Source of the DNA: Raja brachyura
Taxonomy: Eukaryota
Assembly: GCA_963514005.1 (NCBI GenBank)
Contig: OY740781.1
Location: forward strand, 102,240,001 to 102,304,000
Reading direction: 5' to 3'
Length of the DNA stretch: 64,000 bases
The notes beneath the pieces are model-generated. The model was not told the origin of the DNA, made no database searches, and saw nothing but the letters and a program-made list of their open reading frames with translations. A program made the translations under genes and the position numbers. Position 1 is the first letter of the stretch, and every line of letters begins with the position of its first letter. Shown here one piece after another: positions 1 through 13,100 of this stretch.

Positions 1-427
1 AATTAGGAGATACAAGGAATGCATTTCATTGGGAATCATACAGATCCCATTTTGGAGCGTGATCCTGAGTGTAAGTCGCTCTCATGCTGTTTTGCATTGG
101 AGTTTGGCTGATTTGGGCATTAGCAGTAAAACAAAATCAGGTTTCAGCTGCAACAGATTTAAGTACAAACTAGTTTATTGGGAATGGAACCTCAAATTAA
201 TAGTAAGATTAAATGAGAACTTACCTGTTCGAAGTTTGATCTTTATTTTATGAGGAGTTTCGATGAGGGATTACATGAAGAAGCCCCGCCTGGCGCTTGA
301 TCGGCATACTTCAAAGTAGCAGCATGAAAAACACAGAACCAATAGCCGGAGTAAGATAGTAAGGCTCAACATAGACTAGAACTACCAAATGATCATTTAT
401 ATTATGAGGGCTGGGAGCGAAGGGCAC

Positions 428-537
428 GTAATCCCTCATCGTAACTCCTCATAAAATAAAGATCAAACTTCGAACAGGTAAGTTCTCGTTTAATCTTACT
501 ATTTTACTTCAGAGTCACGTGAGTGATTACATGAAGA
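428..537. repeat. DIRS internal complementary region (ICR), copy 1
   Basis: Joins the complements of both element termini at a shared ATT (cttact-ATT-ttacttc). Confidence 0.92.
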
Positions 538-786
538 TTTTAAAGCTCTGTGTTTTTTATGTCATAGATACATTCCATACGACACTCTGTTTAGTCAATA
601 CAGTAGTGAGTAAATAATATTTTTAAAAACATTGTTTCAATTTATGTAATGTCTTTTAATCATAAAAAGAACAATTCTTTAACATTAACCCCTCTATCCC
701 CGGGGAAATATTGTACAACAAAAGTGATAATGATATGATAACATAAATCGATAATATAATTCGATAATATAAAACAAAGCAAGCAT

Positions 787-1643
787 TTAAAACGATCCTT
801 TGAACACTGCGTGTCCAAATCCTGGCACCATGACAACAGGTTTATTGTAGAACTTTGAAAAAGTTTCTTCTTTACACCACCCTGCGGCCTCTAAAATTTG
901 ATTGAGTGGTACGTCCTGTACCTTCGCCGCGGACGCAGCTGCAGCCCTAGTGGAGTTAAACACATCAGTGTCCACTCCTGCTAAATCCAAAACCTGTTCT
1001 AACCATCTAGAAATGGTTTGAACTTTTGTATGTGGTTTTCCGTGCGTTATCAGTAACGCTATCTCAGTACCTCGGAGATTTTGGTTATTTCAATATATTT
1101 AGTTAAATGCTTAACTACCCACAATGTTTCATCGACAGGATATGCTTTAAACATTACCTTGGTTCCAGTTTTTCCTGGTCTGCTTTGTTTGATCAGATCA
1201 TAAACATAAAACACAATGTTATCTGAAGCCACATGCATGCAATCTAACTGTAACAATTGCAAAGTTTGTACTCTTTGAGCTGACACTAATGCCATTACAT
1301 TACTTCCTTGAATGTTAACCTTTGCAAAGACATTGAAGTAATTGGAGTCCATTGCCTAAGCAAAGTGAGAACAATGCTAACATTCCAAATTTCTGTATCT
1401 CTGGGCTTGGGAGGATTTTTATTAGAAATTCCTTTAATGAACCGGGTGAGACCCAATTGAATCTCGATCAGAAATTTGTCCTAAATAGGACGACAAAGCA
1501 CTACGAGCATTATTAATGGCACTATAACTTAAGTGCTCATCAAAATGCAACCCAGCAGGGAACTCCAATACATTTGATATGTTCGCAGTACGATAAGATA
1601 TCTTTGACTGTCTACAGAAGACTTCCCATTTCTTTATATGCAA
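787..1643 (-). pseudogene. DIRS tyrosine recombinase remnant (frameshifted)
   Basis: ORF fragments KKWEVFC...YSAINNARSALS, ALVSAQRVQTL, STRAAAASAAK...ILEAAGW...TFSKFYNK. Confidence 0.9.
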
Positions 1644-1867
1644 AATATATTGTTTTTTTAGTGCTATTTCTCCAATCTGCAGCTATAACATCCATGGTCC
1701 TGTCCGACAGTCCAAGCTCTTGCAATGGTCTGGTCAGAACCTGCAGATTAACAAATGCATATGATCATGCAATGGATGAATTTCTTTTGTTACTGGTTGT
1801 ATCAACAATCGTTGCAACTAGGAATCATCATACATGGTTCAATAATCATTTTAAGCATCAACGGGAA

Positions 1868-2146
1868 CTATGACTGTGTAGGCCAATTTGGCCCCACCAA
1901 AATGCCCTTGGCAGCGTCTTGCGCTGTTTTCTTGAGACATTGCCCAATCAAACAGAATGGGGGAAAGGCATAAAAGAACGTATTCCCCCAGTGTAGCGAG
2001 AAAGCATCCACCGCTACTGCCCCTGGATCGTGTTCCCAAGACACGTATTTGGGCAATTGGTGATTTAATCTAGATGCAAACAGATCAATGTCCGGTACTC
2101 CAACCGACTGACAATATTTTTGAAAATTTGTGGATTTAATATCCAT
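1868..2146 (-). pseudogene. DIRS DNA N6-adenine methyltransferase-like domain
   Basis: PDIDLFASRLNHQL...DAFSLHW...FYAFPPF...ILVGPNWPTQ, the motif pattern typical of the DIRS MT domain. Confidence 0.85.
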
Positions 2147-3350
2147 TCTGTACTGTCTCTAAATTTTTGTGATCTTTTGTCTGCCACAATATTGTCTCTT
2201 CCTGGGAGATAAATAGCTGAAAACCGAATATTCTTACCAATACACCAATGCCATGCCTGGTTAACCTGATGATCACATGATATTGATCTGACTCCACCCA
2301 TGTGATTGATGTATGCCACAGCTGTGGTATTGTCTACTTGTAATTGGACATGCAAATCCTTCATAGTAGAACAATAAGCTTTTAATCCATAAAATGCTCC
2401 CAGTAACTCCAAATAATTTATACCATATGTTTGCAGAAATAAATCCTCTTGGACAGTCCATCTGCCCCCACAGCTGGTATCATTATCCGTAGCACCCCAT
2501 CCGTGAGAACTTGCATCAGTTTGCAAAATCACTGCTGGCTGCTGAGCCTAAATGTTTTTTAACAGCTTGTGGAACATTCTCAATCCAACAATACAATTCT
2601 AATAAAGCTTCTTTTGGCAATTGCATGAGCCTATCAAAATGGCCTGCTCGCTGTATAAGCGCTTGTGCTTTTGCCCTTTTGAGATTTTGGTAATGCAGTG
2701 GACCAAATTCTACTACAGGGAATGCTGCTACTAACTTACCAATAACCTTAGCAACTTCTCAGATGGAGGGATAAGGTTTGTCAATAAGGCACTGACATAC
2801 ATTTGTAATATCAACAATCTTGTCTATTGGTAAAGTTACTAACATGGTAACTGAATTAATCACAAACCCCAAATATTCAATAGTTTGGGATGGCTGTAAC
2901 TTAGATTTCGTTGTATGAATCAGGAAACCTAGCCTTACAAACAGGTTTGTAGTTGCCGAGACTGATTTTTCAGCTGACTCCTGATTAGCATTGACAATTA
3001 AAATTTCATCTAGATAAGCCATAACAATGTGTTTTTGTGCCCTTAGCAGTGCAAGTGCTGGTTTCAACAATTAGTGAACAACCTAGGAGCTGAGCTTAAT
3101 CCATTAGGTAATGCTTTGTATTATCACAGCTGTCCCATCCAATTAAATTTCAATACCTGCAAAAGTGACGATGAATTGGCACTGAATAATATGCATCCTT
3201 CAAATCTATTGTAGCCATGATTAGGCTTATTCTGTCCTGGTGGATCAATACCTTCTACAAAATCAATGTTAGATCCTAAGACAGTACCTAATATAACACG
3301 GTCAGATGTTATACAGTCCCATTTATCATAAAACATTTATAGACTACCAC
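2147..3350 (-). pseudogene. DIRS RT/RNase H remnant with internal deletion
   Basis: AYLDEIL (YxDD-like), LQTDASSHGWGA, INYLELL, DNTTAVAYINHMGG. The RVILDLKKLN segment present in copy 2 is missing near 3220. Confidence 0.9.
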
Positions 3351-3399
3351 CAATCTGAGGTTCATCCAAAGATTCTTCTGCAATAGGATAAAGTTTTTG

Positions 3400-4555
3400 T
3401 ACCTCTCCAACCGGACATGGTGGTCTCCTTCTCCCAACATATGGGTAACATTTGGCTTTGCTGGTTGGTAATATTTCATTACCATACTCCTGCCTCGGCT
3501 TGTTCCAGCTCGAAATCAAAATCCCCTTCTTGTTTGACCGGCCCTTCTTTAGCCAAAACGAAGGGTTTCATGAGGTTGCCTCTTTATCAATGTCTTTATT
3601 TATTTAAACAGATTTTCTCCGAGCAAATAACCAGGAGCTTGAACATTGCTTGATCTGCACAAACCTGCAAATCTTGGATGTAAAATAGGCCAAATGGCAA
3701 TCTCCCTCATACAATTAATCTCAAATATTGAGTTGCAGAACAATGCCAACATATCCTTCTGAACTTTGGTCATTCCACAATCTTCCACTTGCCTTCCAAA
3801 AGCAGTGATCCCAGCTGAAATCATATTTCCTGCGCCCGCATCATTGATGACATTGGCGCCAAATAGCCGAATTTACCATAGGTACCTTCAATGAGGTATA
3901 ATAATTCTGCTGTATCAACCATAACAGCTTCTTGAAGCTGGTGAGAGACCAAATAATTTATGTTGCCCAGCCAGGTTTTCTTACATGGCCTCACCACCTC
4001 CTCCAGGTATAGAAAACTTTGTGCCACATCAGACACACCTGGAGCAATATTTTTGTATTGTTGTGGGTACTCATGACCGAAATCACCACCGTCAGGATCA
4101 GTCTCATGCAGCCCTGGTACTCCTGAGACTTTGCTCAAGGACTTTCTCCAGCCCAATCCCGGGCTCTGGAGTTTCAAATTTCCAATTCAAACTGGCACCA
4201 TATTCATGATATGGAACCCCCTCAGGGGCTGCCTGGGAATATTCTGTTTCTTTTAGACCATTGGTTGATGTTTGTCTGGTTCATTTTCCATTTGATCCAT
4301 TCTAAGCCATAAGGCTTTTCTATCTGGAGGACTTTCATTATCAGATTCATCAGAAACCACGGGCCTCTCAGATTTTTTAGGCACTGGATTTTCCTCCGTG
4401 GCTTCTGCTTGTGGAGCAACCAAAGGCTCACTAATGGGTATTTCAACGGCCACCGGTATCGGAACCGGCTCCATAATAATCTGCTGTCCCGCCTGTTTTT
4501 CTTCTCCACCCTGGGACGCACGTTTTACCCGCGATTTTTTTTGAGCTTTCTCCAT
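3400..4555 (-). pseudogene. DIRS gag-like ORF1 remnant
   Basis: Fragments homologous to copy 2 gag (EPVPIPVAV, ALWLRMDQME, HPRFAGLC). Confidence 0.75.
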
Positions 4556-6810
4556 TTTTATTTTTAAACTCCTCCTGGCCTTTACCCACCAGCCTCACGG
4601 AGTTTGAAATGCCCTGGAAATAAAAATAATTTACTTACCTGCGGTCAAGCGGCAGGCGGGGCTTCTTTACATAGTCACTCACGTGACTCCGAAGTAAAAT
4701 AGGTGACCATCACTTTGATGAGAAAAATGATACTGAAGTGTTAAAGAATGGTGTGGAAGTGGGAGAGCAGCAGGTTTAGTCCACAGCTGGAGGTATTTGG
4801 CAGCAGCTCATTCAACATTACCTCTGGTGTGCAATCCTTGATCTCATATACTTGAATGAATTATCTAAAATAATCCAGCCTTTAATCAATGGCTTTTATT
4901 GTTAATATGCATGTCACCTTATTGTCACATGTCAGGCAGTGTAAACATACTCTGCACACTCTCATTTTTGCAAGGTTCATAGTATTGCTCCCTTAAATAA
5001 ATAGCAACAAGCTGTTAGTCCAGGTATTAACCCATAATACCTCTCTTATCCGGTCTTTTAAGTTGCTGTTCCCACAAGATGCCTCCTGGTGACCTCAGCT
5101 TGTGCAATGCAAGGATACTGCAGTTCAGTTGGGGAAGTGGTTTCGGTGGAGGCAAGATAAGACAACCCATGGGGTATAATGGTGAATCCAGAAAGGCATC
5201 ACCATTCACTCTGGCCCTCCTGCATCCTCATTATAAAAAATGAAAAACAGTCTCCAGGAGTCCATAATCCATCACTGACTAGGTGTTTGAGCTCACTATG
5301 ACCATGAACAGGGTTTGAATCACTGATTACCACAATCACAATAGTTTGGGAGTGAGGAGGATGGAAATGTCAAACAATGAGCACCTCATCTGAAAATGGA
5401 ATGGATTCCCTCAATATAAAGTTTACACCTAAAACACGCATCAATGTGATCAATTCCTTTCCCATTTTACAGGATGATATTAATGGACGGCAGCCATCTT
5501 GGCTGAGAGAGCATTTGGCATTATTGAACTTAACAACCAATTGTTAAATGCTATTAAGGTTATGTTTCAAAAATCCAGGCCAGTTTAGCCAGGGACCTTC
5601 ATGGTTTGAGTTTACAGTAATTCGTCTTCTGTTTCATGAATAAGATTTAGAAAAAGAAAAAGCTCACTATTTATTATTTTGTTTACTTGACAAATGTAGA
5701 GAATATATATTAGTGTTTATATGGGGTACTCCTTTTTTAAATAAAATGTGCCTTTTATTGGTTCAAATCCAATGCCTCAATTTGAGAGATAAGTTTACGA
5801 ATCTGTTGTCTGCACATAGAGAGGAACATTCTCCTGACAGCACGGAAAACATCCAAATATCCAGTGCATAGTCCAAGACTCACTGTTTTTATTCCCAGGT
5901 AATATAATCTTTCTGGGTATTGCTTAGAAAACACAAGCACGAGATCAAAGGGCATGTAAATTCAGTTTGGATATACAGCTGTTGATGTTGAACCAAAGGG
6001 ACCATCCACTGATAAAACAAAAAATATAGCAGGAAGTATTTAAACAAACATTAGAATGTATAAAACTACACCTTTTTTGTGAACTGAATATATGTTTTCA
6101 CTTCTTCTGTCATAATCATAAAGTAAAAAGTTAGGCTAATGAGAAAACAATAAGTAGTGGAAATATCTTCAGTACGTATTTGGCTGTACCTATAGAAACT
6201 GCTGGATAGGGCTGTTCCGGATTATCATAAATAGTCAGTCATGGGCTTCATCTTTGCTTTAATAAAAAGGGTAGATGAATTCAGCAAAACATTTGAAATC
6301 AATCAGATTTTTAAAATTCTCCCGGCAATTAGATTATATGGGAATTAAAGCAACATTTGCACAGAATGGATTAAACAAAGGGGATGTAATAAACACAAAG
6401 GCATTTTGAATCCTGATGATTTTTTTTAATATAAACCTCACTTTGGCAAACTAGATGCTTCTGTCAACAAAATGCTGTTAAAGTAGGGGGAAGCTAAGCA
6501 ATAAATGACCACTATGATGTGCACTGGCATGACTGAATGAAAATAAAAGATGCTGGTGGCTGCAAATTCCAAAAGCAAACAATGCATTTAAAGTGTTATT
6601 ATCTGTAGACGTAGCAAAAATGCATGAATCAAAGGAGCTCCATTTGACGTTATAAGGCAAGAAAGTCACCTTGCCAGTTTGAACTGTGGAACTCACATGA
6701 AGTGCTCATGCCTAAATGCAAATGAGTTAATGTTTTTACTATCCATGTCTGGAATGCAGTTCCGGGATGCTGGTGTGTTTTACACAAAACAGCACTGTGT
6801 GAAGTGTTTA

Positions 6811-8081
6811 AGAAGGAACTGCAGATGCTGGAAAATCAAAGGTGGACAAAAATGCAGGAAAAACTCAGCGGGTGAGGCAGCATCTATGGAGCGAAGGAAA
6901 TAGGCAACGTTTCGGGTCAAACCCTTCTTCAGACTGATGTGAGGGTGTGGGGGAGTGGGGGGAGAAGAAATGAAGAGGTGGAGCCAGTGGGCTGAGGGAG
7001 AGCTGAGGAGGGGAGGAGAAAGCAGGGACTACCGGAAATAGGGAAGTCAATGTTCATACCGCTGGGGTGTAAACTGCCCAAGCAAAATATGAGGTGCTGC
7101 TCCTCCAATTTACCGTGGTCCTCACTCTGGCCATGGAGGAGGCCCAGGACAGAAAGGTCGATTCGGAATGGGAGGTGGACATGAAGTGCTGAGCCACCGG
7201 GAGATCAGGTTGGTTATTGCGAACCGAGTGGAGGTGTTCGCCGAAGCAATCGCCAAGCCTGCGCTTGGTCTCACTGATGTAGAGCTGTTGACATTTAGAG
7301 CAGCGGGTGCAATAGATGTGGATGGAGAAGGTGCAGGTGAACCTCTGCCGCACCTGGAACGCCTGGTTGAGTCCTTGAATGGAGTCACGGGGAGGGGGAA
7401 AGCGACAAGTATAGCATTTCCTGCGGTTGCAAGGGAAAGTGCCCAGAGAGGGGTGGTAAGGATGGGGAGGGACGAATGGGCCAGGGAGTTACGGAAGGAG
7501 GAGTCTCTGCGGAAAGCTGACAGGGGAGGAGATGGGAAGATGTGGCAAGTGGTGGGATCACATTGGAGGTAGCGAAAATGTCGGAGGATTATTTGTTGTA
7601 TGTGATGGCTGGTAGGGTGGAAGGTGAGGACAAGGGGGACTCTGCCCTTGTTATGAGTGGGGGGATGGGGAGTGAGAGCAGAGTCATGGGGTATAGAAGA
7701 GACCCTGGTGAGAGCCTCATCTATGGTAGAAGAGGGGAACCCCCATTCCCTGAAGAATGAAGACATCTCCGATGCCCTGGTGTGGAACACCTCATCCTGG
7801 GTGCAGGTGCGGCGTAGATGGAGGAATTGGGAGTAGGGGATGGAGACCTTACAGGAAGCAGGGTGGGAAGACGTGTAGTCCAGATAGCCATGGGAGTCAG
7901 TGGGTTTATAGTGGATGTCGGTAAGTAGTCTATCACCTGCGATGGAGATATTGAGGTCAAGAAATGGTAGGGGAATGTCGGAAATGGTCCAGGTGTATTT
8001 GAGTGCCAGATGGAAGTTAGTGGTGAAATGGATGTAGTCAGTGAGTTGTGTGTGGGTGCAGGAGGTAGCACCAATGCAGGC
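6811..8081 (-). mobile_element. Penelope-like element, 5'-truncated (RT C-terminus, GIY-YIG endonuclease, terminal repeat)
   Basis: IYCTRCSKCQQLYISETKRRLGD...EH...PVAQHF (GIY-YIG). Flanked by a 14-bp TSD gtgtgaa(g/a)tgttta at 6797-6810 and 8082-8095. Confidence 0.92.
6906..6932 (-). ncRNA. Minimal hammerhead ribozyme motif in Penelope terminal repeat
   Basis: Minus strand reads CTGAAGA-A-GGGT-TTG-ACCC-GAAA-C-GTT. Confidence 0.65.
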
Positions 8082-8452
8082 GTGTGAAATGTTTAGTGTG
8101 GAAACTAAATGTTAAACATTATCATTCTTTACTACAGCCTTCACAGACTCAACTGGAAATTATTATTATCATGTTCTTTTCTTCAGCATCTCAGAACTGC
8201 TGCCAAGGCCAGTATATATCAGTTGTCCTTAATTGCCCTTGAGAAGGTGATGATGATCTGCCTTCATGATCTACTACAGTTCATCTCATGAAGGTATTTA
8301 CACAGTGCTGTTGGGTAGGGAGTTTTAGAGTTTTGTCCCTACTATAGTGATGTATTTCCAAATCAGGCTGAGAGGTGATTAGGAAGAAACACATAAGTGG
8401 TAATGTTCTTATGCCCTTTTTGCCTTTGCCCTCCTTCTGAGTAGAGGTCATT

Positions 8453-9075
8453 TTATAGAGGTGTATAAGGTGATGAGGGGAATAGATAGAGTAAATGCAC
8501 AGCCGTTAACCCAGAGTAGGAGAATAAAGAACAAGAGAATATAGGTTTAGGGTGAGAGGGGATGGATTTAATAGGAACCTAACAGGCAACTTTTTTCACA
8601 CAGAGGGTTGTGGGTATATGAAATGAGCTGCCAGAGGAGACAGTTCAGGCAGGTACTATTACAACATTTAAAATACATTTTGGTAAGTACATGGATAGGA
8701 AAGATTTAGAAGGATATGGGATAAATACAGGTTGGTGGGGCTAGATGGGGCACCTTGGTCAGCATGGGTAAGTTGGGCCGAAGGGCCAGTTTCCATGCTG
8801 TAGAGAGGATTTTTCCACCAGTGTGAGAAGCTAGGACCAGGGGCCATAACCTCAGAATAAAAGGACATACCTTTAGATAGGAGTTGAGGAAACAAATATT
8901 TACTGAGAGGGTGGTGAACCTCTGGAATTAATTGCCACAGAAGATGGTGGAGGCCAAGTCAAGTTAAGGTGGAGATTGATGGTCATAAGGAATAGGAGTA
9001 AAATTAGGCCATTCAACCCATCAAGTCTATTCTACCATTCAATCATGGCTGATCTATCGCTCCCTCATAACCCTA
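8453..9075 (+). mobile_element. Cluster of CR1 LINE 3' fragments (mostly plus; last ~90 bp inverted)
   Basis: Similar to the CR1 ORF2 end/3'UTR at 22200-22600 (aacttttt-cacagagggt-gtg motif). Confidence 0.75.
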
Positions 9076-9391
9076 TGTGACTATATACACAACAAATAGT
9101 CCTCTGTTAGTTTTGCCACCTCCAACGTGACCCCACCACTCGCCACATCTTCCCATCTCCCCCCCCCCCCCCCCCCGTCTGCCTTCCGCAAAGACTGCTC
9201 CTTCCACAACTCCCTTGTCAATTCTTCCCTTCCCTCCTGCTCCACCCCTTCCCCGGGCACTTTCCCTTGCAACCGCAAGAGATGCTACACTTGTCCCTTC
9301 ACCTCCCCCCTCCACTCCTTTCAGGGACCCAAGCAGTCCTTCCAGGTTCGACAGAGGTTCACCTGCACCTCCTCCAACCTCATCTACTGCA

Positions 9392-9705
9392 CCCTACTAG
9401 GGGTCACAGTCTAAGGATAAGGGGGAATTCCTTTAGGACCGAGATGAGGAAAACATTCTTTACACAGAGAGTGGTGAGTCTCTGGAATTCTCTGCCACAG
9501 AAGGTAGTTGAGGCCAGTTCATTGGCTATATTTAAGAGGGCATTAGATGTGGCACTTGTGGCTAAAGGGATCAGGGGGTATGGAGAGAAGGCATGTACGG
9601 GATACTGAGTTAGATGATCAGCCACGATCACATTGAATGGCGGTGCAGGCTCGAAGGGCCGAATGGCCTACTCCTGCACCTATTTTTCTATGTTCTATGT
9701 TTCTA
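9392..9705 (+). mobile_element. CR1 3' fragment inserted in the Penelope endonuclease
   Basis: TRGHSLRI...FFTQRVVSLWNSLP followed by a (tttctatg)-type tail. Confidence 0.9.
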
Positions 9706-10220
9706 TCCGTTGCTCCAGATGCCAGCTGATCTATATCGGTGAGACCAAGTGGAGGCTTGGCGATCGTTTCGCCGAACACCTCCGCTCGGTCTGCAATAAC
9801 CAACCCGACCTCCCGGTGGCTCAGCACTTCAACTCCCCCTCCCATTCCGTATCCGACCTCTCGGTCCTGGGCCTCCTCCACGGCCAGAGTGAGCAACACC
9901 GCAAGTTGGAGGAACTGCACCTCATATTCCGCTTGGGGAGACTGCATCCTCTGGGCTTAAACATTGAATTTTCTCAATTCTGTTAACCCTTGCTGCCTCC
10001 TCCCCTTCCCACCTCTCCCTCAGCCCTCGGGCCCTGGCATTCCCTCTCTCTCTATCTCTCCCCCACCCAAGTCGCACTAGCATCTCATTTTCACACTACA
10101 AACAGCTTACAATGGCCTGTTTCCTTTATCATCGATACTTTTTTGCATATCTTTCATTCATTGTTCTTTATCTCTCCACATCACTGTCTATATCTCTTGT
10201 TTTGCTGATCCCTAACCAGT

Positions 10221-10248
10221 CTGAAGAAGGGTCTCGACACGAAATGTC
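10221..10248 (+). ncRNA. Minimal hammerhead ribozyme motif (mutated)
   Basis: CTGAAGA-A-GGGTCTCGACAC-GAAA-T-GTC. Confidence 0.55.
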
Positions 10249-10448
10249 GCCTATCTCCTTCGCTCCTTAGAAGCTGCTGCACCCGCTGAGTTTCTCCAGC
10301 CTTTTGTGTACCCTTGATTCTCCAGCATCTGCAGTTCCTTCTTTAACATTTCCTTCACTTACGGATGATAGGAAAAAGGTAGTTAATTTTACTACAATAC
10401 AACATTGTTTTCAGCAGTTTTTGAGGATTCTAACTTTAAGCTTAAAAT

Positions 10449-12552
10449 CAAGTTCAAGTTCGTTCAAGTGAGTTTATTGTCATGTGTCCCTGATAGGACA
10501 ATGAAATTCTTGCTTTGCTTCAGCACAACAGATCATAGTAGGTGTTAAAGAAGGAACTGCAGATGCTGGAGAATCGAGGGTTACACAAAAAGCTGGAGAA
10601 ACTCAGCGGGTGCAGAGTAGGTATTGACTACAAAACAGATCAGTGTGTCCATATACCATTATATAAATATATACACACATGAATAAATAAACTGATAAAG
10701 TGCAAATAACAGATAATGGATTATTAATGTTCAGAGTTTTGTCCGAGCCAGGTTTAATAGCTTGATGGCTGTGGGGAAGTAGCTATTCCTGAGCCTGGTC
10801 ATTGCAGTCTTCAGGCTCCCGTATCTTCTACCTGAAAGTGGCAGGGAGATGAGTGTGTTGCCAGGATGGTGTGGGTCCTTGATGATACTGCCAGCCTTTT
10901 TGAGACAGCGTCTGCAATAAATCCCCTCGATGGAAGGAAGGTCAGAGCCGATGATGGACTGGGCAGTGTTTACTACTTTTTGTAGTCTTTTCCTCTCCAG
11001 GGCACTCAAGTTGCCGAACCAAGCCACGATGCAACCGGTCAGCATACTCTCTACTGTGCACCTGTAGACGTTAGAGAGAGTCCTCCTTGACAAACCAACT
11101 CTCCGTAATCTTCTCAGGAAGTAGAGGTGCTGATGTGCTTTCTTGATAATTGCATCAGTGTTCTCGGACCAGGAAAGATCTTCAGAGATGTGCACGCCCA
11201 GGAATTTGAAGCTCTTTACCCTTTCATCCATCGACCCGTTGATATAAACGGGACTGTGGGTCCTTTTCCTACTCCTTCCAAAGTCCACAATCAGTTCATT
11301 GGTTTTGCTGGTGTTGAGGGCCAGGTTATTGTGCTGGCACCATATGGACAGTTGCTCGATCTCTCTTCTATATTCTGACTCATCCCCATCAGTGATACGT
11401 CCAACAACAGTGGTGTCGTCAGCGAACTTGATGATGGAATTCGCACCATGACCGGCTTCGCAGTCATGAGTATAGAGAGAGTACAGCAGGGGGCTGAGCA
11501 CGCAGCCTTGAGGTGCTCCCATGCTGATTGTTATTGAGTCTTGACACATTTCCACCAATGCGAACAGACTGTGGTCTATGAATGAGGAAGTCGAGGATCC
11601 AATTGCAGAGGGATGCGCAGAGACCCAGTTCTGCGAGTTTGGTAACCAGCTTGGAGGGGATGATAGTATTAAATGCCGAGCTGTAATCAATGAATAGCAG
11701 CCTGATATATGAGTTTTTGTTGTCCAAGTGGTCCAGAGCAGAGTGGAGGGCCAGCGAGATCGCATCCACTATTGATCTGTTGTGGCGGTAAGCAAACTGC
11801 AGTGGATCCAGGTTTTTGTCGAGGTAGGAGTTGATTTGCGCCATGATCAACCTCTCGAAGCACTTCATCACCATCACCACAGGCGTTTGTGCCACTGGTC
11901 GATAGTCATTGAGGCACGTCACCTTGCTCTTCTTGGGCACTGGTATAATTGATGCCCTGAAGCAGGTGGGAACCTCAGACCTCAGAAGTGACAGGTTGAA
12001 AATGTCCGTAAAAACTCCAGCCAGTTGGTCCGCACAGGTTTTTAGAACACGACCAGGTATACTATCAGGTCCAGGCGCTTTTCGAGGGTTCACCCCTCTG
12101 AAGGATTTCCTGACGTCGGCCTCTGTGACTGAGACTGAAATACCATCACAGCGAATGGGGGCTCGGGAAGGCACATCGGTGTTCTACCTATCAAAGTGTG
12201 CATAAAACGCATTGAGCTCGTCAGGGAGTGTTGTTTTGCCAACATTCGAGCTGCCTCCTGATTTCGCCTTGTAGGAGGTGATTGCATTCGGGCCCTGCCA
12301 CAGCTACCAAGCATCTGTCTCATCCTCCAGCTTGGAGCAGAAGTCCCTTTTGGCCTTTTTGATGGCCTTACCAAGGTCGTACCTGGACTTCTTGTAGACA
12401 ACTGCATCATCAGATATGAATGCCCGGTGTCTGGTCTTTAGAAGAGTGCAGATCTCAAGTTCATCCAAGGTTTCTGATTGGGAAATACTCTGAAGATTTT
12501 GGTGGGGATGCAGTCCTCCACACATTTCTTAATGAAGTCTATAACAACAGAT
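10449..12552 (-). mobile_element. Rex1/Babar-type LINE, 5'-truncated
   Basis: RT ORFs with [41 protein letters not shown] and KFADDTT; short tandem (aacttg) tail. Confidence 0.9.
10544..10615 (-). mobile_element. 72-bp Penelope terminal fragment inserted in the Rex1 3'UTR
   Basis: Reverse complement of ~10277-10348; TSD agtaggt at 10537-10543 and 10616-10622. Confidence 0.85.
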
Positions 12553-12811
12553 TGGGTTTGTGAACTCACTGGATTCAGAGTCCAATGACATGCAGCACAC
12601 CACTGCCACGCAACAATGGATGTCAACGGTCAATGAATGCTGAGAAGTAGATCCACGTGATCCTTTCATCACCTGAAAAAATCCACAGCCTTATATACTC
12701 ACAGGTTGCTGTGATTTAAACATGTTACATTTATCCCATCAGCAGAAGAAGCAGCAGCAGTTTACACAGCTGGGGTTGATGATGATGATGACCAGCCAGC
12801 GGCTATGTACT

Positions 12812-13100
12812 TGGGGCAGTACAGCTGGTAGAACCACTGCCTCACAGTGCCAGAAACCCGGGTTCAATTTTGACCTCTGCTGCTGTCTGTGTGGAGTTTG
12901 CATGTTGTCCCTGTGACCATGTGGGTTTATTCTGCGTGCTCCAGCTTCCTCCCACATCCCAAAGATACGCCGTAAATTGTCCCTAGTGTATGTGGAGTGG
13001 ATGAGAAAGTCGGATTGCATAGAACTAATGTAAACGAGTGATCGATGTTCAGCGTGCACTCAGTGGGGCGAAGGGCCTGTTTCCATGTTTCACCTTTCAA
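12812..13100 (+). mobile_element. V-SINE/HE1-like tRNA-derived SINE
   Basis: tRNA-like head (gggttcaat), V-domain-like core tgtggagtttgcatgtt...ttcctcccacatcccaaaga, and CR1-like tail gaagggcctgtttcc. Confidence 0.8.

Larger units (their letters stand above)
199..4700 (-). mobile_element. DIRS1-like tyrosine-recombinase retrotransposon, copy 1 (both ends present, ORFs decayed)
   Basis: The 199-274 end is reverse-complementary to 428-503, and the 4664-4700 end is complementary to 501-537 (ICR). The ITR core gaagaagccccgcctg / caggcggggcttct is at both ends. Both ends terminate in AAT with no longer TSD. gag, RT/RNaseH, MTase and YR remnants lie in order on the minus strand. Confidence 0.95.
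9090..10349 (+). mobile_element. Penelope-like element, 5'-truncated, interrupted by a CR1 3' end
   Basis: GIY-YIG peptide LIYC|IRCSRCQLIYIGETKWRLGDRFAEH is split by an insertion. The terminal repeat ends ...gcagttccttctttaaca. Confidence 0.9.

Noticed and set aside
5755..5955. 66-aa ORF and a possible plus-strand exon ending at cccag|gtaata
   Set aside because: No recognisable homology and a weak acceptor; cannot be supported.
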